DNA of 64,000 bases from Octopus vulgaris (lineage: Eukaryota). Positions 50,470-63,962 of this stretch are shown here, piece after piece (positions within the stretch are counted from its first letter, which is position 1; each line of letters starts with the position of its first letter). Both the position numbers and the translations under genes were made by a program. The notes beneath the pieces were generated by a model. It searched no databases. It was not told the origin of the DNA and saw only the letters and a list, made by a program, of their open reading frames with translations. Location of the stretch: the NCBI GenBank assembly GCA_951406725.2, contig OX597820.1:29016001-29080000 (forward strand), in the 5' to 3' direction.

Positions 50470-50753
50470 GGGAGTGAAGGATTCCTAGCCTTTGTTAGGG
50501 CATCCTACAAGGAGAAGGTAACTCAAGTAACTGGGATAACTCCGAAATAAAACCTGCGGCTCAGTGGTTACCGATGATGTTGACTTGTTCTTCTTTTCGG
50601 ATTATGGCTACTGTTGCTTAGTGAGTGGGATTGACTCAGTGCACAGCCTTTCCTCACTTTAAAAAAAAACCTTCTTGCACAGGCATTGCACGATAACAAC
50701 ATTGATTAAGCTTCGTGCAATGGCCATACTCGATAACGAGGGGGCAGCCACCA
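50470..50753 (+). mobile_element. Possible RTE-type LINE 5' UTR relic
   Basis: GGGCATCCTACAAGGAGAAGGTAACTC..AAACC resembles a motif I associate with RTE 5' regions; no coding sequence. Confidence 0.3.
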
Positions 50754-50772
50754 TGTATGTATGTGTGTATAC

Positions 50773-51152
50773 AGGCGTTGCTGTGTGGTAAGGAGCTTGC
50801 TTCCTAACCACATAATTCTGGGTTCAGTCCCACTTCGTGGCACCTTGGGTGAGTGTCTTCTGCTATGGCCTCGGGCCGACCAACGCCTTGTGAGTGAATT
50901 TGGTGGACGGAAACTGAAAGAATCCCGTCGTATATGTATATATATGCGTGTGTGTGTATGCGTGATTGTGTGTCTGTTTGTTTCCCCATCATCACTTGCC
51001 CTTGTGAGTGGATTTGGTGGACGGAAACTGAAAGAATCCCGTCGTATATGTATATATATGCGCGTGTGTGTATGCGTGATTGTGTGTCTGTTTGTTTCCC
51101 CATCATCACTTGACAACCGATGCTGGTGTGTCTATGTTCCAGTAACATAGCG
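50773..51152 (+). mobile_element. SINE family B with an internal tandem duplication of about 113 bp
   Basis: GCCTTGTGAGTG..CATCACTTG present twice (about 50886 and 50999). Confidence 0.9.
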
Positions 51153-51501
51153 GAGGAATGTGAGATCAATAGTCAGGATCACCAAGCTCTATAAAGAGAG
51201 TTACTGCAATGGATCCATAGGAGCAGCGTCCATGATTGTGTAATCAGCTAATGAAAGATTCCTTTATGATTCAAGCTCCCAATTCAAATTCATAATAATG
51301 GAATTGGACGGCGACCGAGAGTCATGGGAATTGGTGAAAGCAAAGAAAAAAAAAATGTTGGCTGTGTTAGACAATTGCTAAGTAACCCTAAGGGTGGGAG
51401 TTGAGTGGCAACGAAATTATGATTAACCATCATGCGATAGATGGTAAGGTATGTCTATTAATTTATACTGCTGAAACATTCATATAGTATTAATTTTTAC
51501 T

Positions 51502-51564
<63 letters not shown>

Positions 51565-52729
51565 ATTTATTTCCTTCTTTTTTTTATCAAAATGCCTTAG
51601 GATTCCAACAGCTTTTAAGAATCTATTGATAACTTTTTTTTTCAATCCAGCATTTTTTTCTCTCTAGCTAGCCACTAACCTTCAAATTTCTTAGTAAAGA
51701 GGATTAAACCTCCTCATGAAACCACGTGGGCTTGTTTTCCCTTCCAACTACGTATTCCTAATTGGAGCCGCTCATATTTCTTCTCATTTGACGATAGCAT
51801 CGAAATCGTGAGAGCAATTTTCTTTGATACAATTTTTACTTTGATGGAATACACTTTTTGAAGTTTAAAGAAAGAATCAAAGCAAGGATTATATATATTC
51901 ATCTAGTTATAACGAACCACAAAATTGCAAAAAACATTTAATATATATAATCACTTGAATGATATTCAGTACGTTTTCTGTATAAAAGCCACTATTGAAT
52001 TAATTTTGATTCAACTTGAATGCATCTCATTTATGATTCTATGCTAGATTCTGTTGATTTGGAAACGTTTTATCTAATTCCTGGCTTGTACTTCTGTACC
52101 ATTTTTAAGATAATTTTGTAGTTTGTAATAGGTTTGATTTATCCGGTGTATGATGACCTGAACGATATCTTTGTATACCATGCCAGACATTTGATCCAAT
52201 TTTCAGTAATATTTGGTGTATCACAGTGAACACAGACATGATGGTATGATTAAGAAGTACGCCAAGCAGCCACCTTATTCTGGGTTCGATTTTGCATCCA
52301 ACTATCAATCCTTGTGAGAGAAATTTAGTTGACAGAAATAGTTGTGTCTGTATATATACCCAAAAGCCGAAACCTGGTTTGTGGACATCCCTAATTGCAT
52401 AATATTTTTATTTTGTGCCGTTAAATGTTTAAATTCTTTCTGTTTTCCTCACATACTGTTTTTTTTTCCTGATATCTTGGTGCGGTACGGTGGATTCATT
52501 TAAGACTTTAGCTCTTATTTCTAGCAGGAAGATGCTTGTTAAGCATCATTATGCTTCGTGCAAATTTATAATTCATGGCTATATAATGCTATTGCGCCTG
52601 CGATCCACCTATGTCACAGCCGGTGATATCATCAATTGTAAAATTTATCCACAGATGATATGAACAGTAGTGGCATCTGATTTCAAATCGCAATGTTTGA
52701 ACGTTTTGCTTATATACATACATACATAC

Positions 52730-52775
<46 letters not shown>

Positions 52776-52776
<1 letters not shown>

Positions 52777-53470
52777 ATAAAATACAAAATGGGACAAGAA
52801 CGCAAAGCATCCGGACAATTAGGTGATACAAAAAGGGACAACAAAACATCCAGACAGACGATAAAAAAACACGGACGGGTCATTCGAAGCCTTTTATCTT
52901 CAGTCAAGAACCGGATCATTCTCGCAATTCCGGCTGATTAATCTTGAGATTGCTCCAATCTGGCCAGCCCCAAGAGAAAAACTAAGCTAAGAGCATTAGA
53001 TTCCTTGGAAAAAAGCATCGAATGTATACGAGACAAGGACGGAAAAACAGACGATGTTACACGAATATAAATACAAAAGTACAATAGAAAAACAATAATA
53101 ATAATGATAACAGGACATATCAACAGAGGTCTTTCAACTGGGGACGAATTGAATTCAGGTGGCCTGTGTGGAAATGAAGCCTTACGGCAGAGGGAAGAAT
53201 GTCGATGTGGCAGTGACCATGATCAAACACAAAAAGGGCTAGCAGACGGCCAACGGTCACGCGAGAAAAGAAGAGAGAGAAAAGGAGGAACAAATTAAGG
53301 AGTGGAAGATGAGAGAGAGAGTGCGTAGAAGTAGAGAGATGGGAGAATCAAGGAGTGGCGAGAAAAAGGAGAGAGACAGGGACATAGTGAAGTGCAGAGT
53401 GAGTAAGAAAGGCAAAGAAATGTGAGAGAGAGGGAGGAGAAAGAGTTGAAAAAGTCGTACAAAATTTAGT
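52776..53470 (-). mobile_element. Non-coding repeat F, second copy
   Basis: Homologous to 3135-3960; its 3' terminal 29 bp recur at 53543-53571. Confidence 0.75.
52881..52970 (-). ncRNA. Second copy of the permuted HHR-like motif (GAAA mutated to GGAA)
   Basis: Minus strand GCAAT-C-TCAAGA-TTAAT-CAGCC-GGA-ATTGC..TCTTGA-CTGAAGA-TAAAA-GGCT. Confidence 0.55.
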
Positions 53471-53763
53471 GAAATGTGTACATACATATAAGAGAACAAA
53501 GTGTACGTACGCCGCTATATATAGATATATATATATATAAAATAAAATACAAAATGGGACAAGAACGCAAATACGTTTCAACCCTAAAGTTGTGGGCATG
53601 CTGGGGCAGTGTCAGTGTAAAGGTATCATACTCTACTGCTCTACCGACTGAGCTATATTCTCAAACCCACACATACATACACACACACATATAGACACAC
53701 ACATACACACACACACATACACACACACACACACATACACACATACACACACACACACACACA

Positions 53764-54324
53764 CGAGGTCTGATGAAAAAGTAGTGGAAACAGTGATTTA
53801 TAAAAAGAAAACTACAACACATATCAATTTGGCATTCAATCTCCTTCGAAGTGGTCCCCCTTCTGAAGCTACACCCCTCTTCCAGCGTCGTTTCCATTGA
53901 TGGAATAATTCCTGGAACTCCTTTTTGGGGAATAGAGAGCAGCTGCTCTGGCGCATTTTCGTGGATTTCCTCGACGTCTGTAAACCTTGTTCCTTTCAAG
54001 TGGGGTTTGATTTTTGTCTTAGTTTCAGGGTCATAGACCAAGATTCACGATGTGTCACCTGTTGTGACTGTTTTCAGAAACCTTTCATTTTCCTCGATAT
54101 AATCAGGGAAATCCTAGGCAGCTGAAATCTGATCTTCTTTTTGAGACGACCACACTCTACACACTCTACTTCCAAGCACTGCTAAAAACAACGGAAGTGA
54201 GCAAGAATGTTTTAACTCAGTGTGCAATCGCGACAACTTCAAGGTCAATCTGTGCCAAGCGGCTTTACACTGCGCACTTTAGTTCTGTTACCATAGCAAC
54301 AGTTCACATTTTGATCACGACCCG
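53764..54324 (-). mobile_element. Internally deleted mariner element
   Basis: FLKTVTTGD..VYDPETK fused to KIKPHLKGTRFTDVEEI..GDHFEGD*; degenerate CGAGG/CCCG|TA ends. Confidence 0.85.
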
Positions 54325-54576
54325 TATATATATATCAATTTGCATATTCGAATTAACCTGGATTATTATATCACTTGACGAAATATCATCAGCCGATGAT
54401 CTCTGTGAATTTTAGCACCTAACGTGTGCCAAAGATGATTGTTTTTCAAGACCATTACTTCAGTCGACAGCGTTCTTAACAACTCATCAAAGTTAAGTTA
54501 GAAGAACAAAATTAATATCCGTTACAAAGGCTGCTTCCGTTGCTAATAGCTATATATATATATATATATATATTAC

Positions 54577-54778
54577 TACTTGTTTCAGTCATTTGACTGC
54601 GGCCATGCTGGAGCACCGCCTTTAGTCGAACGAATCGACCCCAGGACTTATTCTAAGCCTAGTACTTATTCTATCGATCTCTACTGCCGAACCACTTAAG
54701 TTACGGGGACATAAACACCCGATCCTCGGTTGTCAAGCGATGGTAGGGGTACAAACATAGACACACAAAAATACACAA

Positions 54779-54830
<52 letters not shown>

Positions 54831-54988
54831 ATATATATATACATACACGACAGGCTTCTTTCAGTTTCCGTCAAGCAAATCCACTCACAAGGCTTTGGTG
54901 GGCTCGAGGCTATAGTAGAAAACACTTGTCCAAAGTGCCACACAGTGGAACTGAACCCGGAACCATGTGCTTGGGAAGCATGCTTCTT
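54577..54988 (-). mobile_element. SINE family B
   Basis: Consensus match with slight 5' truncation. Confidence 0.88.
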
Positions 54989-55144
54989 TATTTTATAAAT
55001 TGGCTATGGAAGCCGTACCTAGATGAGACAAATAAGGACAGACAAACATAGAGGGTGAAGAAGTTGCTGATTACGAATGGAACGGTTTCGAATGATAAAA
55101 TATAAATGTCATGATTGCAAATTTTGCAATGTCTGACTGAAGTA

Positions 55145-55515
55145 AAGGCATCTAACCGCCAGGTTCGAACCTTTACTTTTCCTTCTGGTCCCACTTACCT
55201 GGTTCCATTCACTCGCTGCTTGTTTACTACTTGCTTCCATCTTTTCGAGAGACGTGGGCTACCAGCCAGGAAGTCCCGTAGGGCCTCACCATGGTCTAGC
55301 ATCCTGCTCCTCCCGAACAACTCGGCGAAGTGCTTGTAAAGTGTCTCACACATCTCATCGTCAGTCAAAGACCTGATTATGGCATCGTTGCCACGCTGGG
55401 TTTCTACCGAACGGGCCCACCCGGTAACATTAATTCCCTCGCGGCCTAATGCACGTACTTTAGCCCGAACCCTGCATCCCTCATGTTTGGCTTTGAGGTG
55501 ACGGTCCAAAGCAGT
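55145..55515 (-). pseudogene. Tx1/L1-type LINE ORF2 fragment (region between endonuclease and RT)
   Basis: AKHEGCRVRAKVRALGREG..IIRSL..MCETLYKHFAELF..FLAGSPRLS resembles the G..RS......E..I..L....F..LF linker pattern. Confidence 0.6.
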
Positions 55516-55618
55516 TCACCCTGCAAAAATTAGGTATGTATATGTATATATATATTTAAGGTTTGTCATCTTAATCTATATAATAAAGTAGAATTTGAAA
55601 AATTGATTTTTATATATG

Positions 55619-55649
<31 letters not shown>

Positions 55650-56564
55650 AAATACAGTACACTACTAAAATATTTGTGCATCGAACAAAGATATTTTGCA
55701 ATATCTACTTCCATCTGAGTTGTACCAACTTTACGCCAAGGTGGCTTTATCCTTTCACACTTAATAAGACGAATCAAAAATACTAATGTGGTGATTCATA
55801 TGATTGACCAAAATCCAGGAAAGTAATGCGCGCCCTAATATGGCAGCATCTCCAATAACTGAAACGAATTCCAGAATAGAAGAACAAAAGATTATTCTAA
55901 GAGCTGACATAGAAGTTTCGTTGATTTGGATTGACTACCGCCATCTTCCCCGTTCTTTTACCACCATTAATATTGTTACACTTTCAAATAACATGATGAT
56001 ATTTTAGGCTTTGCTTTGACTGGCAGTTTTAAGTCGGGAATGTGACTATTGCTGTGCTTTTTTTAAAGATTAGGAATATTGATTGAGAAAATAATTTTTC
56101 CAGACGCTGTCCTACGTCAAAGGTGTGGCGCCAGAGAAAGGTTATTCGGACAGGACCTTTGCTAATTAAAACCGCCACGCCTTTATAATTATGATAATTA
56201 TAAACATAACACAGGGAGTTGTTTCATAGCGGATGATTTTGTCCTGTCATCCCTATACATACACATACACACAAACACACACACACACACACAAAACACA
56301 CGTGCACACACAAACACACACAAACGTACACAAACATACACCTATATTTGCGCAAGTGTATGTATGTATGTATATATGTATGTAAGTATATGTATGTGGT
56401 GCTTGTGTGTCCCTGTGTATGTTTGATGTGTGCATACGTTAGAGCCAGCTCGTGTATGAACTTATATTCGAATAGCAAGAGTGCTTATAGTTTTCTATTT
56501 TTCTTTTTGATATTCATTATTCATAAATATATTTCCTACACCAACACACACACACACACGACAT

Positions 56565-56627
<63 letters not shown>

Positions 56628-56637
56628 TCCTATATAC

Positions 56638-56675
<38 letters not shown>

Positions 56676-57224
56676 TACATGTATATATACATATATATAT
56701 ATACACATACAAATATACATATATACATATATATATATACATACATATATATATGTCTGTGTATGTGTGTGTGTATGTGTGTACCTCAGAACAGAGTTTG
56801 TGTGTGTGTTTGTGCGTAGCGTACACGTTATTATGTATGTGTGTCTCTTGAGTATCTCTTTATGAATATCTACATAACATTAATTTCTTCCCTAAATATC
56901 ATTTCTTGTTGAATAAATTTTATTAATTTAATAAAATGTATGAATAGAAACAAATATAAATAATATACGATAAAATGAAATCCTCTTCTGTCTTTCTTTT
57001 TGTGTGTTTCAAGTATTTTTTCCCAAAGGTTAATTTTGTTTAAATGTCTTTCTTAAGTACTGACAAGATTTAAATAGGAAACAAAAGCTGGTTATAACCT
57101 CTCTGGTGTTTTACGCATCAGGGACTTCGGTTTTTGAGATGGGAAAGGTAATGAGATGGAGAGACAGAGAGAGAGAGATAGAGACAGAGAAAAAGAAATA
57201 AATGAAAAATAGATAGACAGAAAG

Positions 57225-57255
<31 letters not shown>

Positions 57256-57451
57256 AGAAGTTAAAAGAATGAATAAGTGTTTGACAATCGGAGAGAAAAA
57301 AAGGTTGTAAAGAGTTCGAAAGAGAGCAGAAGGAAGAGTAGGTAAGGATAGTGGAGGAGTAGGGGATGGAGTAAGGTCTGAAAAGTCGAAGTGAATTTCA
57401 TAACTGACATTTTTTTTTAATGATTATGAAAGTGTGTAAACTAGAACGAGA

Positions 57452-57502
<51 letters not shown>

Positions 57503-57509
57503 TACATAC

Positions 57510-57567
<58 letters not shown>

Positions 57568-58087
57568 GTATATATACATACACACACACACACACATATA
57601 TATATGCCTTCTATGTTTATACTTAAGCTTGTATATTCTTCAAAGCATATATGCAGGTATGTGTTTATATTCATATATACATTCATACACACACACACAC
57701 ACACACAATTATATACATATACATATTTACATGTATGCATACGTGTGTCTGTGTGTTTGTGTGTGTGTAAACAACTGATTGTTAAATAAAAGAGTAAAAT
57801 TAAGAGAAAACGAAGAAAAAAGTATATCTTGCAGGAAACTGAAGCCTAAACGTTGACAAACATTTTAATATATTCGTATAAATATATGTATGTGTGCACG
57901 CGCATATGTGTACGCGTGTGTACACGCTGTATATCTAATGATTCACAAATAACACACCTATATATTTATCTAAAATTCGACACAAGCCTATGAAAGAAAA
58001 CCCATACACAAAAATTACACATATATATATACATATATGTTTGTATGTATGTATATATATATATATATACATGTATGTATATATATT

Positions 58088-58128
<41 letters not shown>

Positions 58129-58207
58129 GTGTATGTATGTATGTATGTATGTACATATATCCAGACAATCACAAATACATACATACATACATACATACAT
58201 ACATACA

Positions 58208-58241
<34 letters not shown>

Positions 58242-58343
58242 CATATATATATATTTATATATATATATGTATGTATATATTCATGTATGTATGTATTTGT
58301 GTGTAGATTTTGTAGTATAATGTGTAGAAATATACACATACAC

Positions 58344-58417
<74 letters not shown>

Positions 58418-58942
58418 CGTTCCAGCCATAATCATTTTCATAAGTAGACTTACAAAAATCTTAGAAATTCCCCAAACAACATTTGTAAACGCAATATCGT
58501 AAAAAAAAAACTACCAAAATAAGCCGAACAAATGTATAGTCTGAATTATATTAACAGATAAATCTAGACTGAATAAAAAAAATTTAAATGCGCCCCTACC
58601 ATCATCATAATATACACAATGAGGATGCAAAAACGTAACAATCAATTAGCAAACGCACAACGCAAGCCAAGACAACAATGAATGCAGATACACTTACTAA
58701 AACCCTCTGGTTACTGTTCTCACCTGAAGATCGCGGTGGCGTAGAACTCCAGCTCTGAGATAAATATTCAATTTAAATAAACAATGCACAAATTTTTTCT
58801 ACAAAATATTTTGAGCATCTCTCTCCCTCAACTATTCCACAATTCAATGTGTGTTTATGTGTGAGAGTGTATGTGTATGTACGTGTGTCTGTGTATGTAT
58901 GTGTGCGTTTGTGCATGAGTGTGTGTGTGTCTGCGTACGTAC

Positions 58943-58977
<35 letters not shown>

Positions 58978-59094
58978 CTGGCACTTCGGCTACGATGAGT
59001 ATTCCAGTCGGTCCAGTCGATGAAACAGCCTGCTGGTGAAATTAATGTGCAAGTGAATGATCACTCCACCGACACGTGTTTCCTTAACACGAGC

Positions 59095-59905
59095 CATTTG
59101 GAGATCCCTGTAAAGCAGCAGGATAAACAGCATTCTTGGTTTTACCATTTGGTGTGAGTATGAAGAGATTGCTGACATTTCCAACTCTGGGACAACAAAC
59201 ATAGAGCTGACCTTAGGAAAAGCACTGCTGCATGAGATGAAGTCCAACAATTTTTAGTGATTGTCCTTGACTCTTGTTAATTGACATTGCAAAACTAACT
59301 CTTGCTAGAAATTGAAGTTTCTTGAATTCAAAGGGCATGTCTGCTTAAATCAGTGGAATTCTTGGAATAAACACATTTCCTCCCTTTCCTTGTCCAGTGA
59401 GGATTTTTGCTTCCAAAAGATGCGGATGCATTTGCCTGGGATTCAGTCTTGTTCCCTTGCATATCTTTGGAGGATCCAGAGCATCATTTCCCAAAAGCAT
59501 CATTGGAACTTCTTTCTTTAATGTTAGTTTGTGAGAAGACATTCCAGGAGGACCCAAAAAGTTAAGAAACTCAGTAGGATAATTCACAGCCTCATTGGGC
59601 TCCACAACAGTATCAACTGAGAAATATTTCTTCTTTTCTCAGTATTGATTGATTGCATGATTTTTCAATTAACAACCTGGACAATTTCATTCTTCGGTGC
59701 AAGAATGGCTCTCAAAAAGCCAATAATGATCTTGAGAATTATGTCCAAGTTTGGGTAACCCTTAGTAATCAACTCTTCTACAGTTTGACCAAAATGCTAC
59801 AGCCATTTTGAAGGGTGATATCTCCAGTACTGGTTTCGCTGAATGCTTCCATTTCTATTTCCCAGATCCAGTGGCTGAGCTGCAAATCTTTCAGCATCCA
59901 AATCT
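59095..59905 (-). pseudogene. Helitron PIF1-like helicase C-terminal fragment
   Basis: RAILAPKN..NYPTEFLN..PPG..HKLTLK..PMMLL..GTRL..FIPRIPL..FAMSINKSQGQSL..GQLYV..TKNAVY; stops and frameshifts present. Confidence 0.95.
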
Positions 59906-59920
59906 CTAAATAAAGTGACT

Positions 59921-60006
59921 CCGCCGAAAGTCCGTTCCGGCCGGAAATCCGATCTGGCCAAATGTCCGATTTTGGCCGAAAGACCGATTTGGGCCGCAAG
60001 TTCGAC
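59921..60006. repeat. Five 17-18 bp tandem repeats (GGCCGAAAGTCCGATTT-like)
   Basis: Directly visible; begins where the Helitron homology stops. Confidence 0.8.
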
Positions 60007-60938
60007 TTTTTCAGTATTTCTTTTCGAGCGCTTCATTTCACAAACTCCGCGGAACTTCGAAACCTCACGAACACGAAACCGCTCGCTCTATCTTGGATCT
60101 AGTTTATAATTAACTGAAATGAAAAAGTTTTGATATTACTTTAAATTCAGATTAAATGAAAAAACTTGTAATAAGTTCAGAAATTCTGGGAGTTCTTTTA
60201 AAATTTGAATTTTTCAGTTGTTAACATATAACAAAAGCTCATCTACACCCAATCGCAATGCTGTATGTTCAAGAACGAAATGGAAAGCAAATTTTCAATC
60301 CCGGGGTCATACTGATTCCTAAATTATTATAATTGATAAGAGTGTGTATGTGTGTGTGTTTGTGTAAGTGTGTGTGCGTGTGTGTGTGTGTGTACGTATA
60401 TTTATATAAATATTTATATAAATATAAATGTTAATTCTATAGCTATCTTACGCTATTCAGTGCCTGCAACCACATATATTATTGTTGTTATTATTATTAA
60501 TTATTCATTGTTACTATTAATAATTATTTATATTTACCGCAGATGATAAGAAGAATATCTACATAAATATTCATACGTAAATATTTATTCCTTATTGATA
60601 TATTTACACTGAAGTTGTTCTAATTTTGGCGTAATACAATTCAGAATGTCAGCAGGCTTCAACGTGACGAGTGTGAATATTTTTCACTTGGTAAATCTTG
60701 CTGATGGGAGTTGAGGATTTTTCGCTAGAACTCGAAATCATAATACAAGAGTATCCAAATGCCAGAACCTATAGTGTTTAGCTGTGATGGTGTGTCTAAA
60801 TTATTTACCCGTTTGCCCGAATACTGTTGTTTCCTGTTGTATTTTTCAGTGTTATTGATGGTTTACCTGGGGTTTTAACTCCTGTTTCTAGCAGGTAGGC
60901 GCCTCGTGTGCTCTTTTAGTATATATATGTGTGTGCGC

Positions 60939-60986
<48 letters not shown>

Positions 60987-61163
60987 AAATACATGTATGC
61001 ATATATATATACGCACATACACTTGCACACATACGCGCGCGCACAAGCACATATACATACGCACAAACATATATATTTCAAATTTACAGAAAACAAAAGA
61101 CCAAGACAGGTGAGGGAACAACAAGCAGGTATATCAGTTTGACACTCGAGAAGAATGGAAAAG

Positions 61164-61201
61164 TCTTTGACGTTTCGTGCCTATGCGTTTCGACAGAAAG
61201 G
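61164..61201 (-). ncRNA. Minimal type I HHR-like motif, family G (core CUGUCGA)
   Basis: Minus strand CCTTT-CTGTCGA-AACGCATAGGCAC-GAAACGTC-AAAGA; stem II decayed. Confidence 0.55.
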
Positions 61202-61753
61202 GTTGATAGGAAACGATTAAGAAAGAGCGAAAAAAAAAAGGAGAAAGAAAAGATGTGTAAAGAATAACGATCCAACATGATGAACTGACAGGAAGAAAGA
61301 GGCTGGGGAAAGGGAGATAGTAACGGTGACCCAGCTGGACTAGGGTATGCAAGTGCGTGTGAGTATGTAAGAATGGTGTGTGTTAGTGGGTACAGTCACA
61401 TATTCATCTATATATGCATATATGTGTATATGCATATATGTGTATATGCATATATGTGTATATGCATATATATATGTATATGCATATATGTGTATATGCA
61501 TATATACATACACACGCACATATATATATATGTGTGTGCTGAAGTACTTTTCAACTATGGATATCCTCAGATTTGCAAATAATCGAATGTCAGTGGGTTT
61601 CCTGGATTGTTTGCCCTTTGATTTGTGCTTTACTGTAATAGCCATTAATGAGGCATGCTTCACTTTGATGCGCACCGATTTTAATTGATCCTCGTTAATA
61701 AATGTGTGTGTGCGTGTGTGTGTGTTTTATGTGTGTGTGTAGGTATGTATATT

Positions 61754-61845
<92 letters not shown>

Positions 61846-63066
61846 TTTATGTATTAATGAACTATGAACTAAGGGAAGTAACTCTGAATGTCCAGAGCAT
61901 GTATTTGAACAACACAGACAAGAGCAAGTATATCAAATACCATACAACTTAACTTATCAAGTGGCAATTAAGACCAGCTCCGCATAAAAAAAAAATCTCC
62001 AAAGCTGTCATGTCATTAATGAAAAATTCAAGTTTATTGTCAGGAGATGATGGCTGCAACTTGATTTCGAGTTGTGACATCGCTTGATTGCTCTCTAAAA
62101 CTAAAACAGGACGGATGTGGCTTTTCATTCCTGCAAAAAACGTACACTCTTCTGTACACATCTGACAATCGTGGGCTTCTCTTGCAATAGGACGTCTCCA
62201 TACGTTTAATACTATACGAGAGCTGAAAAATACGTTGCGAGAGAAATTTGTAGATGGTGTCTGAGTGGAATCTTTTCTTAAAGACCCGGATAGAAGACTT
62301 CATAGTACTTGTGCACAACAAGTTTAAATTCCGCCAAGGTCAAAATTTCCTTTTCGGCTTTCAAATTCGGAAAATGTAGTATCGATCCATACTTGCCATC
62401 TATTTTTCTAATTCTCCTATATGTTGATTATTAAGAAATAGCTGTAGTAAAATTCTGATTGGTTGTTGAGATGATGACGTACAAGATTTAGTATATGTCA
62501 GGAAGAAAACGTAGGTAAGATGGCGATACAAATAGAGAAACTGGGCAAGAAAGAACGAACGTAAATGAGGGAATTGATTATGCAAAGTGACAGAAAGCAG
62601 CAGAAACGGAAATGGAATTAAGAGACGTACGAACGAAAGGTTAAATGGACGGACAGTTGGAGGGCAGAACTGAGAAATGAATGAGTAATTATTTATCTAG
62701 CTCTCTTCTTACCTATATGCCTATTTACTTATTTATGAGCGTGTCTGTCTGTGTATGTGTGTGTGAAAGTGCAAATTTATAGATATCGATAGGTAAAGAG
62801 ATAGGTAGATAAATAGACGGACGAATGGATATAGACAAATACATAGATACATAGACAAACAGAACAGCTCTTTGTTTGAATCGATGAAAGAGAAGCGTTT
62901 AAGCTGTTATATTGTCAAATGATAAAGAAACTACATCAACACAACCACACGTAGGCAATTTGATGCATGCGTAACAAACTAGGTGAAACATTTACAGACG
63001 AATACGCCTATGATAGATCGTTAGCTCCTACACGCATTTTTTCTCTCCTTGTTTTTTTTCTGTGTA

Positions 63067-63104
63067 TCTTTCTGTCGAAGAGCGTAGGCTCGAAACGTAA
63101 AAGA
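63067..63104 (+). ncRNA. Minimal type I HHR-like motif, family G (core CUGUCGA)
   Basis: TCTTT-CTGTCGA-A-GAGC GTAG GCTC-GAAACGTA-AAAGA; perfect stems I and II. Confidence 0.7.
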
Positions 63105-63234
63105 CTTGTTCTATTTTTATTCCTGAGCGCCATACTAATACATTTGTTTGTTTGTACTCCACCTGCCTTCGTCTTTTGTTTATTTTCGTAAACCTTCCCG
63201 TTTTTAAATATATATATATATATTTATATTCTTA

Positions 63235-63405
63235 TACTCTTTTATTTGTTTCAGTCATTTGATAGTGACCATGCTGGAGCACCGCCTTTTGTCGAACAAA
63301 TCGACCCCAGGTTTAATACTTCTTCTATCGGGTTCTTTTGCCGAACCGCTATGTTAAGGAGATGTAAACACACCACCATCGGTTGTCAAGTGATGGTAAG
63401 GGGGA

Positions 63406-63461
<56 letters not shown>

Positions 63462-63624
63462 CGACGGGCTTCTTTCAGTTTCCGTCTACTAAATCCATTC
63501 ACAAGGCTTTAGTCGGCCCGAGGCTATAGTAGAAGACACTTGCCCAAGCTGCCACGCAGTGAAGCTGAACCCAGAACCATGTGGGTGGTAAGCAGGCTTC
63601 TTACCACACAGCCACTCCTGCGCC
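63235..63624 (-). mobile_element. SINE family B
   Basis: Consensus match. Confidence 0.9.
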
Positions 63625-63643
63625 AATAGATATATATATATAT

Positions 63644-63850
63644 AAGGAAAATAGGACAAGGTAGAAATGCTAAAATAATTTTATCATCAAGAACATTTTA
63701 TTACCGGTTTTAATCTGCGACTTTTCAACTTAGAGTAAAGCTTGAAAAACAATTTACTTTAAGTTGAAAAAGTCGAAGACTGACACCGGTAATAAAACGT
63801 TCTTTATGATAAAATTTATTTTAGCATTTCTACCTTGTCCTACTTTCCTT
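63644..63850. repeat. Fold-back element with arms of about 95 bp between (TA)n tracts
   Basis: AAGGAAAATAGGACAAGGTAGAAATGCTAAAATAA at the left mirrors TTATTTTAGCATTTCTACCTTGTCCTACTTTCCTT at the right. Confidence 0.9.
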
Positions 63851-63899
63851 ATATATATATATATATATATATCAACTCGTGTGTTACTTTTCAACATTC

Positions 63900-63956
<57 letters not shown>

Positions 63957-63962
<6 letters not shown>

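Noticed and set aside
61949-62321. Two short minus-strand ORFs as host exons
   Set aside because: No recognisable domain or convincing splice pair; cannot be excluded without RNA data.
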